Shown here one piece after another: positions 51,547 through 60,660 of a stretch of DNA of 64,000 bases; the stretch's first letter is position 1, and the number at the start of each line of letters is the position of its first letter. Below the pieces are notes generated by a model, which was given only the letters and a program-made list of their open reading frames with translations, was not told where the DNA came from and did not search any database. Both the position numbers and the translations under genes were made by a program. Source of the DNA: Spirochaetaceae bacterium. Its GTDB lineage: Bacteria; Spirochaetota; Spirochaetia; DSM-2461. The stretch spans positions 160,001-224,000 of the forward strand of contig JAOPTT010000009.1 in assembly GCA_051531975.1 (NCBI GenBank), read 5' to 3'.

Positions 51547-52668
51547 TTAGCCCTTTATAAGCCGAATCATAGTTTTATAATTTGTCATAACCCTATCTGT
51601 TATCTCTCTACCGTATGGACTTGATGAAGGCATTAATACAAATCCTTTTGCTTTCATACCTGACTCAATAGATTTTGCAGTTTTAGCTTCAAATTCTTTA
51701 GGCTCCATATTTTCTATGTCTGCAATTTCCACATTACCAAAAAGTGCTATATCTTTTCCATAATGTTCTGCAACATAATCCAGTTCTACATCACCCTGGG
51801 GTGGTGGTTCTATTGGGTCAATTGCATCTACATTCATATCAGATATAGTCTCCAGGATATTTTTTAATTTACCATGGGAATGAAGACGGACAAAACCTCC
51901 GTTTTTTTGTATCTGTTTAACCATTGGACCGGTATATTTTTGAACATAATCTTTAAAAAGGTGGGGTGGTAGATAGGGTTCAGACGCGTATTCCGGACCG
52001 TATATTCTCCATAATCTACCAGGGAAATCTGCTGAAACCTGTTTAGTTTTGCTGTAAAACGATTTAGATAACTTCTCTAGTAACTGATGAAATAAACTCT
52101 GTTCAGTCATAGCTATCATAGTGTAATTTTCAAAGCTGAATAGCCCTGCAGCTTCAGCTAATGGATCTCCGGTATCAACCATAACAAGTCCTTTGTCTCC
52201 AATAATTTTCTCTTCATTAAATAGGTCTGAGACATCATATTTTGTCTCAAACAGTTCATCTGGAAGGCTAAGGAATAGTTTTAGATCTTCTTCGGTATCT
52301 AAAAGGTGTTTTAGTGTCCAGATTGTATCAAGATCTCTATCTCTTCTTGTAAGAGATGTAAGTTCTTTTTTCCCAATTGTTAAAGTGGTTTTTGTAAACA
52401 TACTTGAACCTTTTTCGTATGTTTCAGTTTTAAAAAATTGATTATATAGAGGATGTATGTTGGTTTTTTGTGGATATCCAAATCTGATTATATCAGTATG
52501 TGCATCGCTTATTTCAAGTAGTTCCTTCCAGGACTGTGAATTGTAGATATTGTATGGATCTTTATCGTTAGGATCGATTTTAAACCCACCTATTTCATAA
52601 AAATTTAACCCTGGTCTATCCACAGTTCTACCATTTAAAATTGCTGTTAATCTCTCTTTCCCTGTCAT
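51547..52668 (-). CDS. URO-D-fold protein
   Basis: MTGKERL..L.G..VDR N-terminus (start 52668); RLHSHG, DPIEPPP.GD, LFGN. Confidence 0.78.
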   Translation of the reverse strand: MTGKERLTAILNGRTVDRPGLNFYEIGGFKIDPNDKDPYNIYNSQSWKELLEISDAHTDIIRFGYPQKTNIHPLYNQFFKTETYEKGSSMFTKTTLTIGKKELTSLTRRDRDLDTIWTLKHLLDTEEDLKLFLSLPDELFETKYDVSDLFNEEKIIGDKGLVMVDTGDPLAEAAGLFSFENYTMIAMTEQSLFHQLLEKLSKSFYSKTKQVSADFPGRLWRIYGPEYASEPYLPPHLFKDYVQKYTGPMVKQIQKNGGFVRLHSHGKLKNILETISDMNVDAIDPIEPPPQGDVELDYVAEHYGKDIALFGNVEIADIENMEPKEFEAKTAKSIESGMKAKGFVLMPSSSPYGREITDRVMTNYKTMIRLIKG

Positions 52669-52785
52669 AAAACATACCTTCTTTATTATTAGTTTGTTCA
52701 TGTTATATGGGGCAATATCAAAGGTATTTAGCATATAGTACAATTATTTTAGCAGTTTAAAGATTACTTGATTTAAAGGGTCTAT

Positions 52786-53589
52786 ATGGTATCATTACTT
52801 ATGAATAACAGTCTTTTCCCTTGTGGAAGTTGTCCTATAGATAATATTACTGGTATATGGAAGTTAAAAATTCCTGCGTCAGAAAATGGAGCCACTTATT
52901 CTATCCCTGGTCATCTGCTTCACTACATTATCTCCGGTTCATATAAAGTTAAAATTGGGAAAAAAGAGTATTATCCCAAAGAAGGGGATATGCTCTATTA
53001 TTATGGGAGCGAAGAGGTTATATGGGAAAGTTTTGAGACTGATATCGATTTTTATTCAGTAGGTTTTACAGGATCATTCATACCTGTTCTCTCTCCTGAT
53101 GATAGAGTTATACAAGCAACTTCTGATATAAGGAATAAATGGGAGAAACTCTGGAAAACCTCTATTGAGTCCAACAAAAACAGTGCTTATGTCTTATCAT
53201 ACTCTATATTACTAGATCTTATTTCCTCGATATTCTGGAAACAAGATGGTAGCGCTATACTGCCTCTATCAAACAAGTGGTTAAAAATAGAAAATCATAT
53301 TCGCAGTGAAAAACTCTACCATATATCCCCTGACCAGCTGGCACAAAAAGCAGGACTAAGCAGATCATCTTTATATTCTTTATGCCGTAAGGAAACAGGT
53401 GCCACACCTCTTAAATTATTAAAAGATATTAGAACTGAAGAAGCAAAAGGTATTCTAAAGTATACTGAAATGAGAATAGGGGAAATTTCTGATTACCTTG
53501 GATTTAAAAGAATTCATGACTTTTCAAGGGAGTTTAAATTAATGACAGGAATTTCACCTAAAAAGTTTAGGGATGAATCCAATCTTTAA
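52786..53589 (+). CDS. AraC family regulator (paralog of 45599-46423)
   Basis: Shared PGHLLHYII motif; LGFKRIHDFSREFK...GISP. Confidence 0.88.
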   Translation: MVSLLMNNSLFPCGSCPIDNITGIWKLKIPASENGATYSIPGHLLHYIISGSYKVKIGKKEYYPKEGDMLYYYGSEEVIWESFETDIDFYSVGFTGSFIPVLSPDDRVIQATSDIRNKWEKLWKTSIESNKNSAYVLSYSILLDLISSIFWKQDGSAILPLSNKWLKIENHIRSEKLYHISPDQLAQKAGLSRSSLYSLCRKETGATPLKLLKDIRTEEAKGILKYTEMRIGEISDYLGFKRIHDFSREFKLMTGISPKKFRDESNL

Positions 53590-53681
53590 TCACTAAATTA
53601 TAACACTTTCGATTGGTGTATTTATTTTATAGGGAATTATGTCTTTCCCAGTCCAATAAATGAATACTGTGTCGACATAAT

Positions 53682-54614
53682 TTAGTCATGATATTGCCTT
53701 GACTTTCTAGGAGATAATCCTAATTGATAGTTCTTATAAATATTAACTGTCTGGAATTTATAACGATACTCCTTTGGTGCTAAACCTATAATCTGCTTAA
53801 ACGTACGGCTAAATGCATATTGAGAACTAAAGCCACACTGTTCACTAATCTCGCTTATTAATTTATCGGATGTAACAAGAAGATGGCTAGCTCGAAGAAT
53901 TCTTATTTTCCGTATATATGTAGCAATGGCTGATCCAAAGTATGTTTTAAAAAGATCTCGTAATACTGGTTCTGAACACCCTGCTATCTTTAATACATCA
54001 CTGACTTGAATTATAGAGTCCAGGTTTTGATGAATATAACGTAATACTTTTGGTAGGTTTATAAGTTGATTAGAGTTCTGTTCATGATTTTGCAAAACAG
54101 TATCTTTCCGTTTAATAGCATCAGAACTTAATAATTGTTCTAGTAATAAAACCAACTGAATTGGCAGTATTTGCTTACGGTTCGAATGGCTATAAATCGC
54201 CATTTTATTAAGCAGATCTACTTCTTCCTTTGTTATCGAAAAGACTGTATTCCTTAAAGTTTCAAGCCATTGGTATTTATTTAGTTCAAATGAAATAAAT
54301 AGCCATGCTACTTTTGTATCCTTGAAACCTGTAAAGTGATGTGGTTGAAATGGGAAAATCAGGCAACACTCCATTGGGTGAAGGTCAAATATTTCTGCGT
54401 CTATCTGTACACTTCCTGATATATCTAAGCAGATACATAAGACAATCCGATGGTGCTGGGCAATATCACCATATTTCATGATTTCTTTACTACTTCCCCG
54501 GAAAAATAAAAGTACTTCCTCGGGTAAACGATTAATAGGAAAATTATCTCCCTGAAAATAGTCCCTTGGATGTTCTAGTTCTTCATATAAACCGATCATT
54601 GGTTCTGTATTCAT
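53682..54614 (-). CDS. AraC family regulator
   Basis: CGFSSQYAFSRTFKQIIGLAPKEYR. Confidence 0.9.
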   Translation of the reverse strand: MNTEPMIGLYEELEHPRDYFQGDNFPINRLPEEVLLFFRGSSKEIMKYGDIAQHHRIVLCICLDISGSVQIDAEIFDLHPMECCLIFPFQPHHFTGFKDTKVAWLFISFELNKYQWLETLRNTVFSITKEEVDLLNKMAIYSHSNRKQILPIQLVLLLEQLLSSDAIKRKDTVLQNHEQNSNQLINLPKVLRYIHQNLDSIIQVSDVLKIAGCSEPVLRDLFKTYFGSAIATYIRKIRILRASHLLVTSDKLISEISEQCGFSSQYAFSRTFKQIIGLAPKEYRYKFQTVNIYKNYQLGLSPRKSRQYHD

Positions 54615-54774
54615 GTATACCTCTCTATAGTTTAATTTTTACTGAACTAAGCATTTAAATCGCAAAATGTTAAAAACTATATTTATATCGACATTTTATA
54701 TCATAATCCTCTGAGTTATTGTTAGTCAATCTTGAATATGATTTTGAGATAAGAAATTTGATAGGAGACATAAT

Positions 54775-55527
54775 ATGAAAAGAGACAAGCGGTTTTTAAA
54801 TAAATTCAACGAATTAGCTGAACAGTTTGATGTTGAAATGAATAAGCAGATGGATGCTGCAGTTAGTTTAATGGTTAAGGCAATCAAAGAAGATCGTCTT
54901 ATATATATTTTTGGTGGTGGTGGACACACTTGCTTGGTTATGCAGGAACTATTCTGGCGTGCAGGTGGGTTAGCAAATCTTTGCCCGATGATTGACTTTG
55001 CTATTCACCCTGTTACACCAGCATACATGTATCTCGCCCATGAGCGGATGCATGGAGTAGGAAATGCTCTGGTTGACTATTATGGTGTTGGTGAAGATGA
55101 CCTTGTTATTATATTTCATAGCTATGGTTTCAATGCACCAACTATTGACTGTGCTTTAAGAGCAAAAGAGGTTGGAGCCCAGGTTGTAGGTGTTTCTTCC
55201 AGTGAATGGCACAGAACCATTCCTGCAGATTTTCCTATCCGTCACGATAGTGGGAAAAATTTGTTTGATGTAGCCGATATCTGCCTTGATGATTTTGTAC
55301 CATTTGGGGATACAGTACTTACTACTGAAGGTTTTGATCTGCCATTTACTGGAATTTCGTCAATTATAGACTTTTATATAGCACATCGACTTGAATCGGA
55401 GTGTATTAAACAATGTGTTGTAGATGGAATTAAGCCTCCAGTTTGGTGTAGTGCAAATGTCCCAGGTGGAGATGAAAAGAATGCTGACCTACGTAAAAAA
55501 TATAATCCTCGGATTAAATTTTTATAA
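54775..55527 (+). CDS. SIS-domain sugar isomerase (UPF0309-like)
   Basis: IFGGGGH, ELFWRAGGL, PPVW.SANVPGGD. Confidence 0.82.
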   Translation: MKRDKRFLNKFNELAEQFDVEMNKQMDAAVSLMVKAIKEDRLIYIFGGGGHTCLVMQELFWRAGGLANLCPMIDFAIHPVTPAYMYLAHERMHGVGNALVDYYGVGEDDLVIIFHSYGFNAPTIDCALRAKEVGAQVVGVSSSEWHRTIPADFPIRHDSGKNLFDVADICLDDFVPFGDTVLTTEGFDLPFTGISSIIDFYIAHRLESECIKQCVVDGIKPPVWCSANVPGGDEKNADLRKKYNPRIKFL

Positions 55528-55540
55528 GGTGAAACCAAAA

Positions 55541-55570
55541 CTAAGTGGTATGTGTGTAAATACCACTTAG
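55541..55570 (+). other. Intercistronic hairpin
   Basis: ctaagtggtat/ataccacttag 11-bp stem. Confidence 0.55.
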
Positions 55571-55610
55571 ATAATCGATACAAATATAAAATATTGAAGA
55601 GGAATAGTTT

Positions 55611-56642
55611 ATGAGCGTAAAAGAAACTGGTGTAAGTTATTATGGGGTATCCTATGTGGAACATGCCCGAAAAGATTTCGAAGAGATGAAGGCTCACAAT
55701 GTAACTGCTGTATTATTATCTCTTAGTGAATTTGATATTTTCTTTTGGAAGCCAAATATACCAAAAATTGTTGATGCAGCTAAGAAATTAGGACTGAAAG
55801 TTTACTTAAATACCTGGGGGATCGGAAAGTTTTTTGGTGGAGAACCTCCGTCTGTTTTCCTACAGGAGTGTAGTATCTACGACCGTCAATGGACAGCAAT
55901 ATCAGGAGAACCTATTGCAGCTGCTTCTCCTAGTTCCCCGGCATTCCGTGATTACTTTTATGGGATTCTTGAAGAATTGGCTTCTACTTGTAATGCGGAT
56001 GGATTCTTTTGGGACGAACCACACTATGCTATGCCAGTAGCCCCCATCAGTTATCAATCAACTGCGGATTTTACCTGCCGTAGTCCAATTACTCAAAAGA
56101 TTTTTAAAGATAAATATGGTTATGAAATGCCTAAGTCATTAACTAAAACAGTGTTAAAATTTCGTTTTGATCAAGCCAATGAAATACTTTCAGAGGGTAG
56201 TCGAATTGTTAAATCAATTAATCCCAACCTAATTGTAACACAGTGTTCTCTACCTGCAGATAACCATTTTTATGCTACCCAAGCCCGGGGATTCGATAAT
56301 TGGGAGAAAATTGCATATAACAAAAACTATGATGTATTTTCTACATCTATTTTAGTTGATGGAAATGATCCTTTGGATGCACACCGTGATATGGCAAGAA
56401 AAACAGTAAAATTAGCTAAGGCAAACAACAAGCCTTCCCAACGTTGGATTCAGTCATTTTTTAGGTCACCACGGGATCTAGAAAACATTCGTAATGTTGT
56501 AAAAATTTATGCTGATGAAGGAGTCGATTCCATCTTTTCCTGGACATATAGAGCAGGGAAGGGAACTTGTCTGTCCGCTCCAGAGCCTGATAAAGTATGG
56601 GATATTTTAGGAGAGGCCTATGGAGAAGTACTTAAGAAGTGA
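55611..56642 (+). CDS. Putative TIM-barrel glycoside hydrolase of unclear family
   Basis: AKKLGLKVYL and DGFFWDEPH motifs; sugar operon context. Confidence 0.55.
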   Translation: MSVKETGVSYYGVSYVEHARKDFEEMKAHNVTAVLLSLSEFDIFFWKPNIPKIVDAAKKLGLKVYLNTWGIGKFFGGEPPSVFLQECSIYDRQWTAISGEPIAAASPSSPAFRDYFYGILEELASTCNADGFFWDEPHYAMPVAPISYQSTADFTCRSPITQKIFKDKYGYEMPKSLTKTVLKFRFDQANEILSEGSRIVKSINPNLIVTQCSLPADNHFYATQARGFDNWEKIAYNKNYDVFSTSILVDGNDPLDAHRDMARKTVKLAKANNKPSQRWIQSFFRSPRDLENIRNVVKIYADEGVDSIFSWTYRAGKGTCLSAPEPDKVWDILGEAYGEVLKK

Positions 56643-56696
56643 TAATTACAGTCATGTATTAAGTAAATATTAACAATTATGTAGGAGATTAAACCG

Positions 56697-57956
56697 ATGA
56701 AGAATACAAAAATAAAGGCAGTTATTATTGGTGCAGGGAGTAGGGGAGTAGATGCATATTCTACATATGCAGAGAGGTATCCAAATGAGCTGGATATTAT
56801 AGCAGTAGCAGAACCCCGGGAGGATAGACGGTCTGAGTTCTGTAAGCGCTTTAACATAGAAGAGTCTAATAGCTATCCAGGCTGGATCGAACTACTATCA
56901 AAAGACCGAATGGCCGATGTTGCTTTTATCTGTACCCCAGATAGGTTACATGTTGAACCGGCAATAGAAGCCATGAAAAAAGGGTATCATTTACTGCTTG
57001 AAAAACCTGTTGCAATCGATGTTAAAGGTTGTATGGATCTTTTATCAAATGCAAAAAAATACAATGTATCAGTTATTGTGGCTCATGTACTGCGTTATAC
57101 TCCATTTTTCTCAACAATAAAAAAAATATTGGACAATGGTACCATCGGTAATCTTAAGGGTATTCAACATAATGAAAATATAGGTTACATTCACTATTCC
57201 CATAGTTATGTAAGGGGTAATTGGAGTAAGGAGAATGAGTCTTCCCCAGTTATTCTCTCAAAAAGTTCACATGATATGGACATACTGCTATACCTTGCTG
57301 GAGATGATTGTTCCAGACTTTCATCCTTTGGTAGCCGTGGGGTTTTTCAGTCAAAAAACAGACCAGAGGGTGCTCCTTCAAGATGTCTCTCTGGTTGTAA
57401 ACACCGAACAACTTGTTCCTACTACGCTCCAAAGATATATCTGGAAGAACTAAATACTTGGCCAGCTAATATCCTAACTGTAGATCAGACTTTTAATGGA
57501 ATTATAACAGCTCTAAAGGAAGGCCCATACGGTCGTTGTGTCTATGATTGTGATAATGACGTTATGGAGCATCAAACAATGAATATTGAGTTTAAAAATG
57601 GTGTACAGGCAGTTTTCACTCTATCAGCATTTACCAACGAGACTTCAAGGACAATCAAACTGGTTGGAGAGAAGGGAGAAATCAGAGGTGCAATGGAAAA
57701 AAACACTATTGAAATTCATAATTTTGAGACAAAACAGGTAACAACAATAAAAACAGAAAACCCTACAACAGGACACAGTGGTGGAGACGAAGGTATTGTT
57801 AAGGATCTAATCATGCATCTGGAAAACAAGGAACATAAGCTTCCTAGTCCATTAGAACTTTCAATACAAAGTCACCTAATGGCTTTAGCAGCAGAAGAAT
57901 CTAGACTAAATGGCGTGCTTATTAATATGGATGACTTCACCTCTTTGAATAAATAA
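56697..57956 (+). CDS. Gfo/Idh/MocA family oxidoreductase
   Basis: IIGAGSRG, LEKP, HSYVRGNW, HDMD, HSGGD. Confidence 0.9.
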   Translation: MKNTKIKAVIIGAGSRGVDAYSTYAERYPNELDIIAVAEPREDRRSEFCKRFNIEESNSYPGWIELLSKDRMADVAFICTPDRLHVEPAIEAMKKGYHLLLEKPVAIDVKGCMDLLSNAKKYNVSVIVAHVLRYTPFFSTIKKILDNGTIGNLKGIQHNENIGYIHYSHSYVRGNWSKENESSPVILSKSSHDMDILLYLAGDDCSRLSSFGSRGVFQSKNRPEGAPSRCLSGCKHRTTCSYYAPKIYLEELNTWPANILTVDQTFNGIITALKEGPYGRCVYDCDNDVMEHQTMNIEFKNGVQAVFTLSAFTNETSRTIKLVGEKGEIRGAMEKNTIEIHNFETKQVTTIKTENPTTGHSGGDEGIVKDLIMHLENKEHKLPSPLELSIQSHLMALAAEESRLNGVLINMDDFTSLNK

Positions 57957-58027
57957 TATCAGAGGTACTAGCATCTAATAATACATAGGGGAGTTACAGT
58001 CGGTGTAGATCCTGTAACTGTCTATCT

Positions 58028-58180
58028 CTTTAATCATAATATCTTTACTAAAATTTAATTTTATTTAAAGATTTTGTAACTTTTTGAAAGTTGAGTTGTT
58101 TTATTAGTTATACAACGTAATAATTTTCGTTTAAATATACTCCTTTTTTTGGATCCTGCTACTAGCAGGGTCTTTTTTTA
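58028..58180 (+). repeat. Dispersed non-coding element, copy 2 (direct repeat of copy 1)
   Basis: Aligns with 31791-31942 with scattered substitutions. Confidence 0.92.
58109..58179 (+). ncRNA. Candidate sRNA, copy 2
   Basis: TGTAAC(58075)-N17-GTTTTA; CTCCTT; identical terminator hairpin. Confidence 0.5.
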
Positions 58181-58316
58181 TATAAGATATAAATTGAATA
58201 ATTAGCTTATCTTTTATTATTATTAAGGAATATATTTTTTGTTATGAATAATACAATAATAAAAATTACTTAAGTAACTAAGACTATTTAGTCTTTAATT
58301 ATTGATTTTAACAAAA

Positions 58317-59591
58317 CTACTCTTTTGTGATTCTTTTACTAAACGATTTTATTCTTTTGTTTATTTCTGCTTTAATTCTTCCAGCAGCTTTTATATCTGG
58401 AAATCTAGATTTAAAATTAATTACTTCATCATCTAAAACTTCTTCCAATTTGGAAGACATTTTAATAAATGACTCTATTAAAATATCTGAATTTTTATCA
58501 AGCCCCCAACCACATAGTTCGGCCTTAAAATGATCGTTATTCCATTCGAACCAATGATTATTTTTATTCATTTCATAAGCGAAATTAGAAATATATTCTT
58601 TATAAATACTTGTGCATAAAATATCATAAAATGGAGATAATATCATTTTACCGTTTACATAAAGAAAAGAAATATTTTTAGAATGAGAATCATTATTTCC
58701 AATTAATAAATTAAAACATATCCAGTTCATATATTCTTTAACATCCTCGATAACATTTGAACTATATGTCTGAATAGCATTATAGTTATCTTTAAGATTC
58801 GGACCACTGTTACTTTCATACTTCTCTGATACTAAGCAGTTTTGAACCTGACAAAAGTCGACTTGATGTAGACGTGCAACTTCATCCTCAGATATTATTT
58901 CTCTGTCATACCTTTCTATTAAATAGAAAGGTATTTCTCCGCTTATGATATCAACCTCAGAAACATTCAATCCACATGATTGTGCTAATTTCATACAAAA
59001 GTATTCGTTATATACGCTGTCTTTTACTGTTTTATTCATATGTGGAGGTTTTAATATATGCGTAGTTGGAGCTCCATTTATTGGAATATAAATGGAGCCT
59101 TCATTATATACTACTGGTATTTTGTCCTGTGCACCTGCCAAAGAAAACCTACCATTGTGATATTTTATTACATGAGCCATTAAGTTTTCATTATTTTTAT
59201 ATGCTTTTGAAAGTTCCTTAAGATCTAACTGTTTATAATTATCTTTTTCAACCTTAATAGAGAGGGTCTTATTAGGAGAAATAATAAATGCTCCTGCACA
59301 GTCTACTCCATATTCTTCTAAAAATTTATATCCAGTTTCAACACTTTTTCCTAATAATTTTTCTAAACGTTCTTTAACTAAACCTTCGGGAATTAAATTT
59401 TCAAAATAAGATAAACACTCTTTATTATTAAATGGTTCAGTTCTTTTTAAATCTAATACAGGTGATAATGAAAAAGATTCATTAGATAAAATCCAATTAG
59501 AATCATATACAAATGAAAGTGTGGCATCATCATTATTTGTAAGTATTCCAACAATACTATTCTTGTAAAAAACATATAAAATACTCATCAT
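58317..59591 (-). CDS. hipA: HipA family Ser/Thr kinase toxin
   Basis: N-terminal couple_hipA subdomain; FSLAGAQDK, THILKP, GNNDSHSKN, LSPFYD; ATGA overlap with the hipB stop. Confidence 0.92.
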   Translation of the reverse strand: MMSILYVFYKNSIVGILTNNDDATLSFVYDSNWILSNESFSLSPVLDLKRTEPFNNKECLSYFENLIPEGLVKERLEKLLGKSVETGYKFLEEYGVDCAGAFIISPNKTLSIKVEKDNYKQLDLKELSKAYKNNENLMAHVIKYHNGRFSLAGAQDKIPVVYNEGSIYIPINGAPTTHILKPPHMNKTVKDSVYNEYFCMKLAQSCGLNVSEVDIISGEIPFYLIERYDREIISEDEVARLHQVDFCQVQNCLVSEKYESNSGPNLKDNYNAIQTYSSNVIEDVKEYMNWICFNLLIGNNDSHSKNISFLYVNGKMILSPFYDILCTSIYKEYISNFAYEMNKNNHWFEWNNDHFKAELCGWGLDKNSDILIESFIKMSSKLEEVLDDEVINFKSRFPDIKAAGRIKAEINKRIKSFSKRITKE

Positions 59592-59857
59592 CTTTCCTTT
59601 ATTTCTAGTGATAAACTGCATACTTTTAATATTTTTAATAGAGTTGAAATTCTTATATCTGTCTTACCATTTTCAAATTCACTTATAGCTATACGTGATA
59701 CATTAGAATATTTTGCAAGGTCTTGTTGTGATAATTTATTAGTTGCTCTGTAGTTTTTAATGACATTTGAAATATCATTACCACTAATGACGCTAATAGA
59801 TTTAATTTTAGTTTTAGCTTCAATATTTATATTAGGAGATTTCATTTTAAATTTCAT
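59588..59857 (-). CDS. hipB: XRE-family HTH antitoxin (HipB-like)
   Basis: LSQQDLAKYSNVSRIAISEFENG HTH; coupled upstream of hipA. Confidence 0.85.
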   Translation of the reverse strand: MKFKMKSPNINIEAKTKIKSISVISGNDISNVIKNYRATNKLSQQDLAKYSNVSRIAISEFENGKTDIRISTLLKILKVCSLSLEIKER

Positions 59858-59901
59858 ATGTTTTCCTCATTTATCACATTATAATCAATAAAATATACAG
59901 C

Positions 59902-60038
59902 TTGTAAACTATAGCTTGCAAAACTAAATCAATTAACAATTTGTAAACTATAATATACAAAACTATATAAAACTACAATTTGTAAACTATAGCATACAAA
60001 ACTGTATAAATCTACGATTTGTAAACTAAAGCATACAA
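59902..60038. repeat. Four palindromic 20-bp boxes at an exact 39-bp period (probable HipB operators)
   Basis: TTGTAAACTAtagcaTACAA at 59902, 59941, 59980 and 60019. Confidence 0.85.
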
Positions 60039-60396
60039 TATTATATTAATCTAAAATATATTTGTATATGAGGTTACCCATATAGAGTAATTCATCATAC
60101 ATAAAAACTATGGGAATATAGATCGTATAACAAAGAGTTGGTAATAAAAATTATTTTGTCATAGCCTATATAGTAGTTTTAAATCCCTATGTGCTGAAAA
60201 GCACTAACCTATACACTTTTCTTTAAAATTATATATGTTAATGTTTTTCTCTTAATATAGAGTAAACCGTAATTGTATTTGGAGGTCCTAGAATAATAAT
60301 GATTTGGTATAAACTAATTTTATATAATAGTTAGAGAAACAACTTTTCAATCATGTGAGTAAGCCTGCTAACTATTTTCAATCGATTTTATTTCAT

Positions 60397-60525
60397 ATAA
60401 AAAAAAAGACCCTACTAGTAGCAGGATCCGAAAAAAAGGAGAATTTTCAAAAAAAATTATTATGTTATATATAGTAAGACAACTTAACTTCCAAAAAGTT
60501 ACAAATTATTTAAATAAAATAAAAA
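60397..60525 (-). repeat. Dispersed non-coding element, copy 3 (inverted, more diverged)
   Basis: Reverse complement reads TGTAACtttttggaagttaagttGTCTTA...CTCCTTTTTTTCGGATCCTGCTACTAGTAGGGTCTTTTT. Confidence 0.88.
60399..60469 (-). ncRNA. Candidate sRNA, copy 3
   Basis: Same promoter geometry and anti-SD; the hairpin has a G-C to G-U change that preserves pairing. Confidence 0.5.
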
Positions 60526-60660
60526 AAGTTCAAAATATAAAAATAGATTTTTTCATGTTTTCAGCATTAACACACTAAATTTAAATTGATAGATATAATT
60601 CAATTTCCAAATATGTCATATTCTAATGATATGAACATCCATAACTTCCTTAAATAAGTA

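Noticed and set aside
57992..58019. agttacag...ctgtaact inverted repeat as part of the repeated element
   Set aside because: It is absent from copies 1 and 3 and is more likely the terminator of the Gfo operon.
59902..60038. 39-bp periodic array as a CRISPR array
   Set aside because: The spacers are only 19 nt and similar to one another, the repeats are degenerate, and no cas genes are present.
60040..60396. Gap between the hip operators and copy 3 (attC-like 'tataacaaagagttg' start)
   Set aside because: No complementary right arm or intact ORF was found.
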